NCBI GenBank assembly: GCA_017302045.1
Contig: JAFLED010000001.1
Span: forward strand, 943 to 49,360
Reading direction: 5' to 3'
Length of the DNA: 48,418 nt
From: Spirochaetota bacterium
GTDB taxonomy: Bacteria > Spirochaetota > Leptospiria > Turneriellales > Turneriellaceae
Part shown: positions 1 through 9,004 of the stretch, in pieces
Layout: the number at the start of each line of letters is the position of its first letter
Numbering within the stretch: position 1 is the first letter of the stretch
Made by a program: the position numbers and the translations under genes
Notes under the pieces: model-generated
The model's database searches: none
The model's input: the letters and a program-made list of their open reading frames with translations, nothing else
Told to the model about the DNA's origin: nothing

Positions 1-2251
1 AAACGAGTAACGTATCTGAATCCAGTGGAATCTTGAACCAGCCCGCGACACCGACGGTAATCAGAATAGGAAAGATGTTCGGCAGCATAGCGATGATGCC
101 GTAACGAATAGTACCGTAGATCAGAAACATGATGACGGTAATGACGACGAGGGCCAGACCAAACGAAGACAGCTGCGATTTGGTCAGATACGAAGTCAGT
201 TTCATCATGATGGGAATTCCCCCTGTGGCGTAGTAGCTGAGGTCGGGATTGTCTTTCTTCAGAGGTTCGAGATATTCTTTCAGCCAGCCTTCGACCTGCT
301 TGAGAAAATCTTCGTATTCGAAAGAGCTTTTGTTCACCACCTGCAAGGTAACGCGGCCTTTTTCCCAATCGTCGTCGGCGACGAGCTTGCGGGATTCGGG
401 GTCGGCGCCGTCGTACATGATGAGAACCTGTTTCAGCTTCTGGTTATCTGCCGGTAGCTTATAGTTCTCTTCTTTGCCGTTCATGAGATTTTTGTGCGAG
501 TCCTTGACCGCATTCACGAGCGACGTGGTTTTTGTGACGAAATCCGGACGTTCCTTTTTGGCGCGCTCCGCAAAGGCGTCCATTGCCTGTAGCAGTTTAA
601 CGTCTTTCAGGCCGTCGTTCTTTCCGGTATTGATCACGACCTCGACATTCGTGGTGCCGCCAAAGTGCTGGTCGAGCGTTTCGAAAGTTTCTTTGAAACC
701 AAAGCCCGATTTTACCGATTGAATAAAATTCGTGTCTACGGTAACCCGCGGGTACCCTGTAAGACTCAGCAACATGATGACGCTGAAGATTGCGATTACT
801 GCCTTGGGTTTATCGGCCGTAGTGCGAATGATAAAAGAAACAAACTTCTGGATCTGGCGCTCGAACAGACCCTGCATTTTTTCGCCGGTCTCTTTATTTT
901 TAGAAACGCCCGGCGCCCAGAACGTGAGGAGCGATGGCAGCAAAAAGATAGTGCCGATATATGCGAAAAGAATACCGAACGAAGCCGCGACGGCAAAATT
1001 GCGGATCGGCACAATCGGCACGACGACGAGCGACATCATACCCGCTAGGGTTGTGAGCGTCGCCAGCATGATCGAGACGCCGGACTTTTCATACGTTTTC
1101 TTGAGGGCGTCGCGTTTTTCCATCGTGACGTGAAAGTATTTGTACCCCGAAAGAATGTGCACCGCGGAGGAAATCCCCACCGTGAGGTTCAGAATCACGA
1201 CGATGTTGATCATCATGGTCATCGTCACATTCGAAAGCCCGATAATGCCGAGAGTCCAGACCACCGAAAGTGCGATGATGAGCGTCGGCCAGAGCATGGC
1301 CGAAACGGAACGGAAGGCAATGGCGAGCGTAATAAGAATGAGGGCCAACGCGAGCATCATAATCATGCCCATCTGCTCCATCATGATGTTCATAAAGAAG
1401 GCCGCCACCCAGGGGCCCCCGCCAATCAGGTAATCCATGGTTTTCGACGAGGCTTCGCCGATAGTGGGGTTGGCCCACTTTTGCGCTTTGAGAATTTTAT
1501 CGAGCTCGGTGTTGAACGCGAGGTAGTCCGTCGGGTCGGCCGCTTCCATTTTGGGTATTTTATTGCGGTCTTTTTTTGCCGTTTTGTTGTCAGAGAAGTC
1601 GAACTCTGCGGCGCTGTCTTTTTTCGGTTCGGAGTTCTCGGCCTTGGCAATGCGCGCGCCGTAGTCGGTCAGAATCAGGATAGCCCCGAACTCGCTGTTT
1701 TTCGAGAACCAGCTGCCCGGAAAATCGCGCTGCGCCTGTGCCTGCTTCTTGATTTCGGCGAGTATTTTAGCGTCGGGTATTTCGCTGCCGATGAACTTGC
1801 GGTTCTTGAGCGTATCACCCTTCGATTCCAGGTAGTCTGCCGTGACGATCGTGCGCACGCGGGTGATGCGGTTTAAGGCAGAACCCTTTTCCAGACGTTT
1901 TTTGTTGAGTTCGTCTTCAAGCGCTTTGACTTTTTTCAGAGTGTCGTTATCAAACACCTCTTTACCCGCCGGCTTGAACATGATCATGACATATTCATCC
2001 GAACCGAAAAAATAACGGAAACGGTGGTAATCCAACAGCGAGGAGTCGCCCGCGTCGAGCCAGGTATCCATGGTCTGATCGATCTTGAGATTCTTCAGAC
2101 CGAAGCTGAGACCCACCGTGAGAATAGCGAAAAAGCCGAGCACCAGCCAACGCCGGCGGAATGAGAATTCGGGAATCGCTACCATCCAGTCTGTATATTT
2201 TTTAAGCCAACGGTCGGTGATACGCATTTTCGGGGTTGAGGTTGTTGTCAT
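1..2251 (-). CDS. MMPL/RND-family transporter (3' end runs off the window)
   Basis: Own translation from ATG at 2251: MTTTSTPKMRITDRWLKK...RRRWLVLGFFAILTVGLSFGLKNLKIDQTMDTWL...FGSDEYVMI. The same frame reads AMLPNIFPILITVGVAGWFKIPLD at the window edge. Absent from the ORF track because there is no stop in the window. Confidence 0.85.
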   Translation of the reverse strand, partial: MTTTSTPKMRITDRWLKKYTDWMVAIPEFSFRRRWLVLGFFAILTVGLSFGLKNLKIDQTMDTWLDAGDSSLLDYHRFRYFFGSDEYVMIMFKPAGKEVFDNDTLKKVKALEDELNKKRLEKGSALNRITRVRTIVTADYLESKGDTLKNRKFIGSEIPDAKILAEIKKQAQAQRDFPGSWFSKNSEFGAILILTDYGARIAKAENSEPKKDSAAEFDFSDNKTAKKDRNKIPKMEAADPTDYLAFNTELDKILKAQKWANPTIGEASSKTMDYLIGGGPWVAAFFMNIMMEQMGMIMMLALALILITLAIAFRSVSAMLWPTLIIALSVVWTLGIIGLSNVTMTMMINIVVILNLTVGISSAVHILSGYKYFHVTMEKRDALKKTYEKSGVSIMLATLTTLAGMMSLVVVPIVPIRNFAVAASFGILFAYIGTIFLLPSLLTFWAPGVSKNKETGEKMQGLFERQIQKFVSFIIRTTADKPKAVIAIFSVIMLLSLTGYPRVTVDTNFIQSVKSGFGFKETFETLDQHFGGTTNVEVVINTGKNDGLKDVKLLQAMDAFAERAKKERPDFVTKTTSLVNAVKDSHKNLMNGKEENYKLPADNQKLKQVLIMYDGADPESRKLVADDDWEKGRVTLQVVNKSSFEYEDFLKQVEGWLKEYLEPLKKDNPDLSYYATGGIPIMMKLTSYLTKSQLSSFGLALVVITVIMFLIYGTIRYGIIAMLPNIFPILITVGVAGWFKIPLDSDTLLV

Positions 2252-2263
2252 GGGAGTTTCTGC

Positions 2264-2701
2264 CTATTTTAATTTGTTTAACACCGCTTCAAGGCGGTCG
2301 AGGTTTTGTTCATTTGCGTCGGTTACGAAACTGCGGATGCGCGCGCATTCTTCGGCAGATTCGAAGACCTGGCGGAATTCAATGTGCGTGCCGTTGTCGG
2401 CTTGGGTAAAAATTCCGCTCAGGCGAAACTTGTGCATGGTTTCCAGGTGGTATAAAACCACGCGTTCGGGTGCGAGAATCTCTTCGAAGACGCAGAGATT
2501 CTCAAAATCGGTGCCATCGGGGCCGTGCATCGTGAAATGCCATTTGCCGTTGGGTTTCAGCTCGAAGGTATGAAATGTGTTTGTGAACCCCTTCGGCCCC
2601 CACCACTGCGCGAGAAGTTCGGGGTCGGTCCACGCTTTGAAAATTTGTTCGCGCGAGTAGGGTACAACGCGTTGATTTAAAACTGTTTTTTCTTCACTCA
2701 T
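2264..2701 (-). CDS. SRPBCC (AHA1/CalC-like, START-fold) domain protein
   Basis: AWTDPELLAQWWGPKGFTNTFHTFELKPNGKWHFTMHGPDG motif and C-terminal NLDRL helix. Confidence 0.9.
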   Translation of the reverse strand: MSEEKTVLNQRVVPYSREQIFKAWTDPELLAQWWGPKGFTNTFHTFELKPNGKWHFTMHGPDGTDFENLCVFEEILAPERVVLYHLETMHKFRLSGIFTQADNGTHIEFRQVFESAEECARIRSFVTDANEQNLDRLEAVLNKLK

Positions 2702-2801
2702 GTTAATCCGCCTATATCGTCTGTTGCTCTGGTGCTGGGTTTCTCAACGATGCTATGGCTTGCACTGTAAGCCTGTAAAGCAAAATTGTATTGGAGCTTC
2801 T

Positions 2802-3251
2802 TCATTTTCTCTTCATTAGATACTCGGCGAGCCGATCGAACATGCTCGACCAGCCACCCGCATGCCCGTCGCGTTCTGCCAGCGATTGAAACGGCGTCTG
2901 GTGAAATTCCATGCGCGTCTTGTTACCCTCGTCTTTGAAATCGATCGTCACGAGCGTTTCGATACCGCGTTCGCCTTCTTCTTCCCAGACAAAAGTGAAG
3001 GCGATACGGTCATGCGGATGCACCTCGTGGAAACGGCCATTCTGCCAGAGTTCGCGGCCGTCTTCGACCGACGTGAGGCAGCCCCGCCAGCTACCGCCCG
3101 AGCGGATGTCCATCTTCATCTGTGTCGCCGGGAATGCCGTTGGGCCCCACCATTCGAGCATGGTTTCGGGAGTCGTCCAGATTTGGAAGACAAGCTCGCG
3201 CGGTGCGTCGAAGACGCGTGTGATGACAAGTTCGCGTTGGTCGGGAGTCAT
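2802..3251 (-). CDS. SRPBCC (AHA1/CalC-like) domain protein
   Basis: ELVITRVFDAPRELVF..WT..WWGP...GWSSMFDRL. Start re-set to ATG 3251, which makes an ATGA overlap with the upstream stop. Confidence 0.9.
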   Translation of the reverse strand: MTPDQRELVITRVFDAPRELVFQIWTTPETMLEWWGPTAFPATQMKMDIRSGGSWRGCLTSVEDGRELWQNGRFHEVHPHDRIAFTFVWEEEGERGIETLVTIDFKDEGNKTRMEFHQTPFQSLAERDGHAGGWSSMFDRLAEYLMKRK

Positions 3252-3709
3252 GGTTGCACCTTTGTTTTCAGATATGCGGCCAGCCGATCGAACATATTCG
3301 ACCAACCGCCGTTATTCGAATCGCGTTGTGTGCCCGAGGGAAAAGGTGCCTGCCGAAAATGCATGCGTGTCTTTCCGCTTTCGTCGAAAAACCGAATGGT
3401 GACGACATTTTCGACGCCCATGTCGCCTTCGGCTTCCCAGACGAAGGTGAAGACCAGAAGATCATAGGGTTTGACTTCGCGGAAAATGCCGTTCTGCCAG
3501 AGGTCGCCGCCATGCACTTGCGAGTCGAGACAGCAGCGCCACTTGCCGCCGGGTTGTATGTCCATCTGCACGCGTTTGGCCGGGCAGAAGGTCGGCCCCC
3601 ACCATTCGAGCATGCCTTCGGTGGTGGTCCATACCTTGAAGACAAGCTCGCGCGGAGCGTCAAAGACGCGTTCAATGACGAGTTCGGAATCAGGGGCAGA
3701 CATGCTCAT
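3248..3709 (-). CDS. SRPBCC (AHA1/CalC-like) domain protein, paralog of 2802-3251
   Basis: ELVIERVFDAPRELVFKVWTT..WWGP...GGWSNMFDRL. Confidence 0.9.
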   Translation of the reverse strand: MSMSAPDSELVIERVFDAPRELVFKVWTTTEGMLEWWGPTFCPAKRVQMDIQPGGKWRCCLDSQVHGGDLWQNGIFREVKPYDLLVFTFVWEAEGDMGVENVVTIRFFDESGKTRMHFRQAPFPSGTQRDSNNGGWSNMFDRLAAYLKTKVQP

Positions 3710-3718
3710 GGCATTTAC

Positions 3719-4105
3719 TTAGAATCTTGTCTCTGTGCGACGGCTCGCAGGACGCAGCGCCCAGGATGCAATCACAAATGCCAGTACGACCAGCGGCATG
3801 ATCACATGTTGCTTTTCGAAGCCCATCACCGCGCACGAAACCGAAGCGCCGATCAGGTTAATAAACATACCCGCATAAGCCCATTCTTTGATGACCGGTG
3901 TTTTAGGGATCAGGATCGCGATGGCACCCAGCGCCTTCCATACGCCGAGCATCACAAAAAAGTAGACAGGGTAGCCGAGTGCTTTGGCACCCATTTGCAC
4001 CTGTTCGTTGCGGCTGATATACGAAAACGCCGCGAACCCATAATTCGCCGCAACCAGAACGGTGACGATCCAGTATGCGATCAGTTTTCCTTTGCTTTCT
4101 TTCAT
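3719..4105 (-). CDS. DoxX-like (DoxX_2) membrane protein
   Basis: YWIVT...LGYPVYF..LGVWKALG...KEWAYAG signature; four TM segments. Confidence 0.85.
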   Translation of the reverse strand: MKESKGKLIAYWIVTVLVAANYGFAAFSYISRNEQVQMGAKALGYPVYFFVMLGVWKALGAIAILIPKTPVIKEWAYAGMFINLIGASVSCAVMGFEKQHVIMPLVVLAFVIASWALRPASRRTETRF

Positions 4106-4115
4106 AAAAATCTCC

Positions 4116-4502
4116 TCAGGTTTTTTGTTTTATCAGTGATACGATGTAATATACCGGGTAGAGCATGAGATAGAGATTCGGCAGCCACCAGCTGATGTCG
4201 AAGTCGCGGCGGATTGTCCAGAAGGCGAGTGCCATAAGCCCGGAGGCAAATGTCAGTACCAGCGAAACCAGCGCGACGCTTTTCCAGCGCACATCCGCCT
4301 TTGACATGAGGCGCAGGCTCCACAGACCCGAGAACGAAATCATCAGATCGAGCGGCAGAAACGACCAGTTCCACGCGCTCAGAATAGGGTTATGATAATC
4401 TTTGAAGAGATATGAAGCCGGAATTACGCCGATCAGTGTGATGAGCCAATAGAGGATAAAACCGATGTCGGTGATCAGAAAGAAGATGCGGAGTGATTTC
4501 AT
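4116..4502 (-). CDS. YvaD/DUF5360-like membrane protein
   Basis: TDIGFILYW...KDYHNPILSAWNWSFLPLDL...SGLMALAFW...WWLPNLYL. Confidence 0.7.
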   Translation of the reverse strand: MKSLRIFFLITDIGFILYWLITLIGVIPASYLFKDYHNPILSAWNWSFLPLDLMISFSGLWSLRLMSKADVRWKSVALVSLVLTFASGLMALAFWTIRRDFDISWWLPNLYLMLYPVYYIVSLIKQKT

Positions 4503-4702
4503 TTTCTAGCTCCCGGTTTTTTGAAAGCAATGCCTGCCTTTTTCATCGCGGCTTTTAATGGGGGGATTGCACTCGGCCCTATACCATGCAGCGAGAGCAG
4601 ATCCTTTTCTGTCCACTTGCGCAGATCTTCTAACTTTAAGATGTTCGCATTCGCGAGTGCCCGATGCGCGGGTTTGCTCAGCTTAGGGAATTCCGGGTTC
4701 AT
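4499..4702 (-). CDS. Small helix-hairpin-helix protein resembling the RNA polymerase alpha C-terminal domain
   Basis: LSKPAHRALANANILKLEDL...EKDLLSLHGIGPSA pattern; overlap-coupled to both neighbours. Confidence 0.7.
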   Translation of the reverse strand: MNPEFPKLSKPAHRALANANILKLEDLRKWTEKDLLSLHGIGPSAIPPLKAAMKKAGIAFKKPGARK

Positions 4703-5316
4703 CGTTTGGGTATCACTCCCTTCGTGAAGGCGAGCCTGAACTCCGAGGGCTGCATTTCTACTTCGAGCAGCTGCATCAGAAAGGCCATACGTTTCTCGCG
4801 CGTTGCGGCGGTTTTCGCAGAATTTAAACGGTGCAGAAATGCCTTACGCGTCGATGGGGCCAGGCTGTCAAAATGTGCGCGGTGTTTTTTGTTCTTTTTC
4901 AGGGCCGCCTGAAAATCCGCAGGCTCTTCAAAGTTTTCCGAGGAGTTGATCTTGTTCCACGAGCCGTCTCTTTTTGCTGCTGCGATCAGTTTTAGCCCCG
5001 CTGGTTGCATGAGTTTTTTCTTCTGTAACTTCACGATGCGGCTCTTATTCAGCTTCGACCATTCGCTACCGCGTTTGCGCGGGCTGATATAGATACTCGC
5101 CTGTGTTTCGGAAACTTTGCGGGGTTGGCTGTCGATGAAACCGAAACACAAACACTCCTCGACGATGTCGTTGTAGGTCAAATGGCGCTTACCGTCTTTT
5201 ACTTTGTCATAGATCAACCAGAACGCGCCCGCCTTTGCATGGTTTGTGATAAACCATGCCCGCAACGCCTTACGGTCGGCGAAATGGATTTTTGGTGCGG
5301 CGGCGAGCTTGGACAT
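4699..5316 (-). CDS. YdeI/OmpD-associated family protein
   Basis: RAWF..NH...YNDIVEECLCFGFIDS...SPRKRGSEWSKLNK...AKTAATREKR. Confidence 0.85.
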   Translation of the reverse strand: MSKLAAAPKIHFADRKALRAWFITNHAKAGAFWLIYDKVKDGKRHLTYNDIVEECLCFGFIDSQPRKVSETQASIYISPRKRGSEWSKLNKSRIVKLQKKKLMQPAGLKLIAAAKRDGSWNKINSSENFEEPADFQAALKKNKKHRAHFDSLAPSTRKAFLHRLNSAKTAATREKRMAFLMQLLEVEMQPSEFRLAFTKGVIPKR

Positions 5317-5317
5317 C

Positions 5318-5824
5318 CTAGGCTATCTTTTTCAAAAATGGTGCAATCAGGGGCTGCGGCTTGAAGCCGAGTCTTACGTGCACCCGGCGCGAAAGTTTAT
5401 TTGTTGCGTAGGCGTCGGAACCGAGTTCGGTGAGGCCTTTTTTCCGCGACCAGGATTCGAGCTCAGCGAGCATTTCTTGGGCGATGCCCTGCTTGCGGTG
5501 CTGGGGTTCAACGTAGATGCCTTCGAGATAAGCCACCGGAGAAGTATCGGAGCCTTCGACATAATCGACGCGAACCGTGGCATAAATAAACCCGATCAGA
5601 GCAGTGTCGGTACGGGCACCGATCAGCGTGGCCTTTGCCGGTCGCTTGTGCGCGTTACCAAATACGGTTTTCAAGTCCCTTGCAGGCACGTATGGCCATA
5701 GTTTTCTCGCGAGTATCATCAGCTTTGCATCATCGGCCCGCCGCAATTTGAATATGGTAATATGTTTCTGCGTTGCTGACTGTTGACGCACCTTGGATGT
5801 TTTTTCTTCCTTTCTCATCGGCAT
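5318..5824 (-). CDS. GNAT acetyltransferase, aminoglycoside 6'-N-acetyltransferase (AAC(6')-I)-like
   Basis: RVDYVEGSDTSPVAYLEGIYVEPQHRKQGIA...ELGSDAYATN..S..VH..LGF. Start (5824 or 5818) is uncertain. Confidence 0.75.
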   Translation of the reverse strand: MPMRKEEKTSKVRQQSATQKHITIFKLRRADDAKLMILARKLWPYVPARDLKTVFGNAHKRPAKATLIGARTDTALIGFIYATVRVDYVEGSDTSPVAYLEGIYVEPQHRKQGIAQEMLAELESWSRKKGLTELGSDAYATNKLSRRVHVRLGFKPQPLIAPFLKKIA

Positions 5825-5906
5825 TAGTCGTAAAACAATCGGGGTTATTACCCTCGGGTGCCCGCGTGATATAGCGGGCTTTTTGCCACAAGATACATGC
5901 TTTTCC

Positions 5907-6551
5907 CTACCGCTTTCCCTGATTAAACGCCAGCTGAGCAGCGAAGGCGCGCTGGTAGCCGGGCCGCGCTTCGCCGCGCGAAACGTATGCGGCGAGATTT
6001 GCATATTCGTTCAGAATGCCCGACGGGCGAGTTCTTAGCAGCACAGAGACCATGATAAGATCACCAGCACTGAAGGCGCCATCGAGCCATTCCTTATCGC
6101 CTAAATATGCCGAAAGTTTCTGCAGCCGACCCCTTAGGCGATCGGCGACTAAAAGCATGCGATCCTGCGCCCAGGGCTTGTCGCTTTCTAACAATTTGGC
6201 ATTCTGTAACTCGAGAATCCATGGTTCAACCGAATTGAGCGCGCCAAATATCCAGGCGATGGCGCGCCCCCGGGCGTTGGCATCTTTTGGCAGCAGACTG
6301 TCGTGGCGCTCGGCGATGTGCAGAACAATCGCCCCCGATTCGAATAAGACGAGATCGCCCTCTTCGTATGTCGGTATAGAGCCGAACGGATTAAGGGCGA
6401 GATGTTTGGGTTCTTTCAGTGCGTCGAAGGACACGCCGCGTACCGCATAGGGCTGGCCGACTTCTTCGAGCGCCCAGCGCACGCGTGTATCGCGGGCAAG
6501 GCCTTTGCCGCCGTCGGGCGAGCGTTCAAATGCGGTAATTGTCGGCGTCAC
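5907..6551 (-). CDS. Glutathione S-transferase family protein
   Basis: GKGLARDTRVRWALEE...NPFGSIP...LFESGAIVLHIAE...FSAGDL; probable GTG start at 6551. Confidence 0.9.
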   Translation of the reverse strand: MTPTITAFERSPDGGKGLARDTRVRWALEEVGQPYAVRGVSFDALKEPKHLALNPFGSIPTYEEGDLVLFESGAIVLHIAERHDSLLPKDANARGRAIAWIFGALNSVEPWILELQNAKLLESDKPWAQDRMLLVADRLRGRLQKLSAYLGDKEWLDGAFSAGDLIMVSVLLRTRPSGILNEYANLAAYVSRGEARPGYQRAFAAQLAFNQGKR

Positions 6552-6561
6552 GGGGGATATC

Positions 6562-7080
6562 CTACTTTTTTTCTTCAACGATTGTTTTCAGGTTCTGCAT
6601 GCTTTGGTTGAATTTATCGCCCATGTATTTATCCATATTCACAAACATCCAGATAACACGGGCTATGAGAGGCGCGGGCCCGGTCATATGATAATTCATA
6701 ACAGTTGCATCTCCGTCTTTTTTCAGCGAATACGTCACATCGTTAGAGCCTTGCATGGGCTTATAAAATGTCAGATCCATTTTCACGAACCCGTTCGGCC
6801 CAATGTTTTTTTAAGAAAGTTTTCCTTCAAATTCATAGGTTGCGCCCATTCCGCTTTCGGGGCCTGTGAATGTTCGTTTCACCTCTTCCTCCTGCTTGTC
6901 CCAGGCAGACCATTCGAGGCCTTTCTTGAAGCTAATCAGGTAAGGAAAAACTTTTTCCGGTGCCGCGTTAATTTTCAGCGAGCGTTCTACGGTGAAGGTG
7001 TTGGGCCGGGTTGCGGCTATGATGAAAATGCCGGCAATGACGACGACGAGTCCGATTAAGATTCTTTTAATAATTTTCAT
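6562..7080 (-). pseudogene. Membrane-anchored SRPBCC (polyketide cyclase-like) gene interrupted by an in-frame TAA
   Basis: ORFs 6811-7080 and 6562-6786 are in the same frame: ...TYEFEGKLS*KNIGPNGFVKMDLTFYKPM..., with the stop at 6811-6813. Confidence 0.75.
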
Positions 7081-7095
7081 AGTCTCTCCTTAAAT

Positions 7096-7527
7096 TCATT
7101 TTTTTGTAGGTAAGCTGATCATCCAGCCTATGCCAAACTTGTCTCTGAACGAGCCAAAATAATCGCCCCAGGGCATGTCGGCCATCGCCATTTCAACTGT
7201 GCCATTATGCGACAGCGCCGCAAAGAGTGCGTCGGCCTCTTTCTTTGACTCGGGCGAAAGGTTGATATAGAAATTGTTTCCCGTCACAACCTTTTGACCC
7301 AGCGACTCGAGCGCATCCGATGCCATAAGCGCACTGTGCTTACCGATCGGCAGCGCGATGTTCATGATCTTATTGCCGTCGGCGTCAGAAAGCGTCACGC
7401 CGGGCATCGGCATGTCTTTGAAGCGCACCAGCGAATCAAACTCACACTTTAAGACCGATTTGTAGAAAGTAAAAACTTCTTCGGCGTTGCCAGCAAAGTT
7501 CAGGTAGATACTGTTAAGCCTCATCAT
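7096..7527 (-). CDS. VOC/PhnB-like (glyoxalase superfamily) protein
   Basis: YLNFAGNAEEVFTFYKSV...LMASD...MPWGDYFGSFRDKFGIGWMIS. Confidence 0.9.
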   Translation of the reverse strand: MMRLNSIYLNFAGNAEEVFTFYKSVLKCEFDSLVRFKDMPMPGVTLSDADGNKIMNIALPIGKHSALMASDALESLGQKVVTGNNFYINLSPESKKEADALFAALSHNGTVEMAMADMPWGDYFGSFRDKFGIGWMISLPTKK

Positions 7528-7928
7528 TTCCTCAGCGGTACAAGATTATGCAGCGCGGGTACGCGCAGGTAAAGGCCCAGCCAGATAAAGACGCCGAGAT
7601 AAACGGGGAAAAGAATGTGGCTCGCCCAGGGATTCATAATACGTACATGGGCCGAAACCGCTCCGCCGAGATAACCCGTCAGAAGAATCGCTCCTAAGAT
7701 CGCTGTACGCGGAATCGCGTAGAGCAGCGTGCAGATCAGCAGAGTTGTGCCAATACCAGGCATGAGATTTGTCGGGTAGTTCAGCCGAGCCGCTTCAGCG
7801 ACTGCTTCGGGAGGCATTTTGTGCAGAAAGAATTTAAAAATGCCATCGAAGGTCAGAAAGGCGATGGCGAGACCGCTTAAAATCCAGCCGCTCCAGAATG
7901 CTCCTTTAGAAGGTGTTGTGTTGTCCAT
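7524..7928 (-). CDS. DoxX-like membrane protein
   Basis: GWILSGL...FDGIFK...LYAIPRTAILGAILLTGYLGGAV...WLGLYLR. Confidence 0.85.
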   Translation of the reverse strand: MDNTTPSKGAFWSGWILSGLAIAFLTFDGIFKFFLHKMPPEAVAEAARLNYPTNLMPGIGTTLLICTLLYAIPRTAILGAILLTGYLGGAVSAHVRIMNPWASHILFPVYLGVFIWLGLYLRVPALHNLVPLRK

Positions 7929-7938
7929 GGTTGTTCTC

Positions 7939-8069
7939 CTATTTTTGATTGCTATCGAGTAAGGTTGAAAATCCGCCGTAGATCAGCCGTGCGCCGCTGA
8001 AGGCCATGTCGGCATACGCCTGTTTTTTTTCGCTCGCACAGGAATGATAAATCCATCAATGTAGCTCAT
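7939..8069 (-). pseudogene. DUF1428 (YbaA-like) remnant: internal deletion plus frameshift
   Basis: ATG 8069 gives MSYIDGFIIPVRAKK. After an A8 run (8023-8030) a shifted frame reads QAYADMAFSGARLIYGGFSTLLDSNQK*. These match the N- and C-terminal DUF1428 signatures with the middle missing. Confidence 0.7.
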
Positions 8070-9004
8070 TTGATTCTTCCTCCGGTCTTTAATTTACCCA
8101 AGTAAGTTTCCATACGTTCGAAGTGTTGTTTCCGCCCTTCGAGCGCTCCGTATTTTTCAATGACCATTTGCCTGTACGCAACAGTCTTAAAGACACCTTT
8201 CATCGACACGCGCGTCTTGCCGCCTTCATCGCTGAAATGCACGAAGGCGCGAAACGAACCGCCATCCTCGGGTTGGCCATGATCATAGATCAGGCGCTCG
8301 TTGCGGATGATCTCTACGAAGCGAATTTCATTGGGATAGTTCGTGCCGTCTGGCCCGTGCATGGTCAGTATCCATGCGCCGCCCGGCGTTAAATCAAATT
8401 TGTGGATCGAATTCGTGAAACCGTTGGGGCCCCACCATTCCTGAATGTGTTCGGGTTCGGTCCAGATTTTCCATACGAGCTCGCGCGGCGCATCGACGAG
8501 GCGCGTGATGCTCATCTCGCGGTCGGAGGTATCTTCGACATGCTCATTGAGGCGGTCGAGGGTTTCGGCCCAACCCTGATCCATACCCGCGAGCGCGCCT
8601 TCGAGACCGGGACCGGCCTCGAGAATGCTCGCTGTAATGACCATTTTGGTCTTGCTACCTTCATCGCTGAAGGCGATGACATTGTGGCCCCGTAGCAGCG
8701 GTTTCCCTTGTTCATTGGGGAATGCCGTCGTAGTGAAGACGATCTTATCAAACGGTGAAACTTCCTCGAATTTACCCGACTGTGGCATCTCGCCGAAATC
8801 AGGGTGGTACGTGACCACGGTAAGTTCTGCACCGGTTTCTGCACGGCCGGGAATCTTGCCCGCCGTGATGCGGCAGGTCGGATTCGTAAATCCGCGCGGC
8901 ATCCACCATTGTTGCAGGTGCTTTTCGTCGAGCCAGGCCTCGAACACCAGCTTGCGCGGTGCATCGAAGGTGCGGGTAATCGTAATTTGTTTCACGGGCT
9001 TCAT
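8066..9004 (-). CDS. Tandem two-domain SRPBCC protein
   Basis: Two copies of the ITR.(F/L)DAPR.LV...W...WW.P.GFTN motif; ATG 9004 overlaps the upstream stop. Confidence 0.9.
   Translation of the reverse strand: MKPVKQITITRTFDAPRKLVFEAWLDEKHLQQWWMPRGFTNPTCRITAGKIPGRAETGAELTVVTYHPDFGEMPQSGKFEEVSPFDKIVFTTTAFPNEQGKPLLRGHNVIAFSDEGSKTKMVITASILEAGPGLEGALAGMDQGWAETLDRLNEHVEDTSDREMSITRLVDAPRELVWKIWTEPEHIQEWWGPNGFTNSIHKFDLTPGGAWILTMHGPDGTNYPNEIRFVEIIRNERLIYDHGQPEDGGSFRAFVHFSDEGGKTRVSMKGVFKTVAYRQMVIEKYGALEGRKQHFERMETYLGKLKTGGRIK

Noticed and set aside
249-1876. Several plus-strand ORFs (e.g. 1130-1876)
   Set aside because: Antisense shadows of the minus-strand MMPL gene
2702-2801. Internal sigma70 promoter TTTACA-18-TAGCAT on the minus strand
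   Set aside because: Plausible, but the match is too weak to call without TSS data
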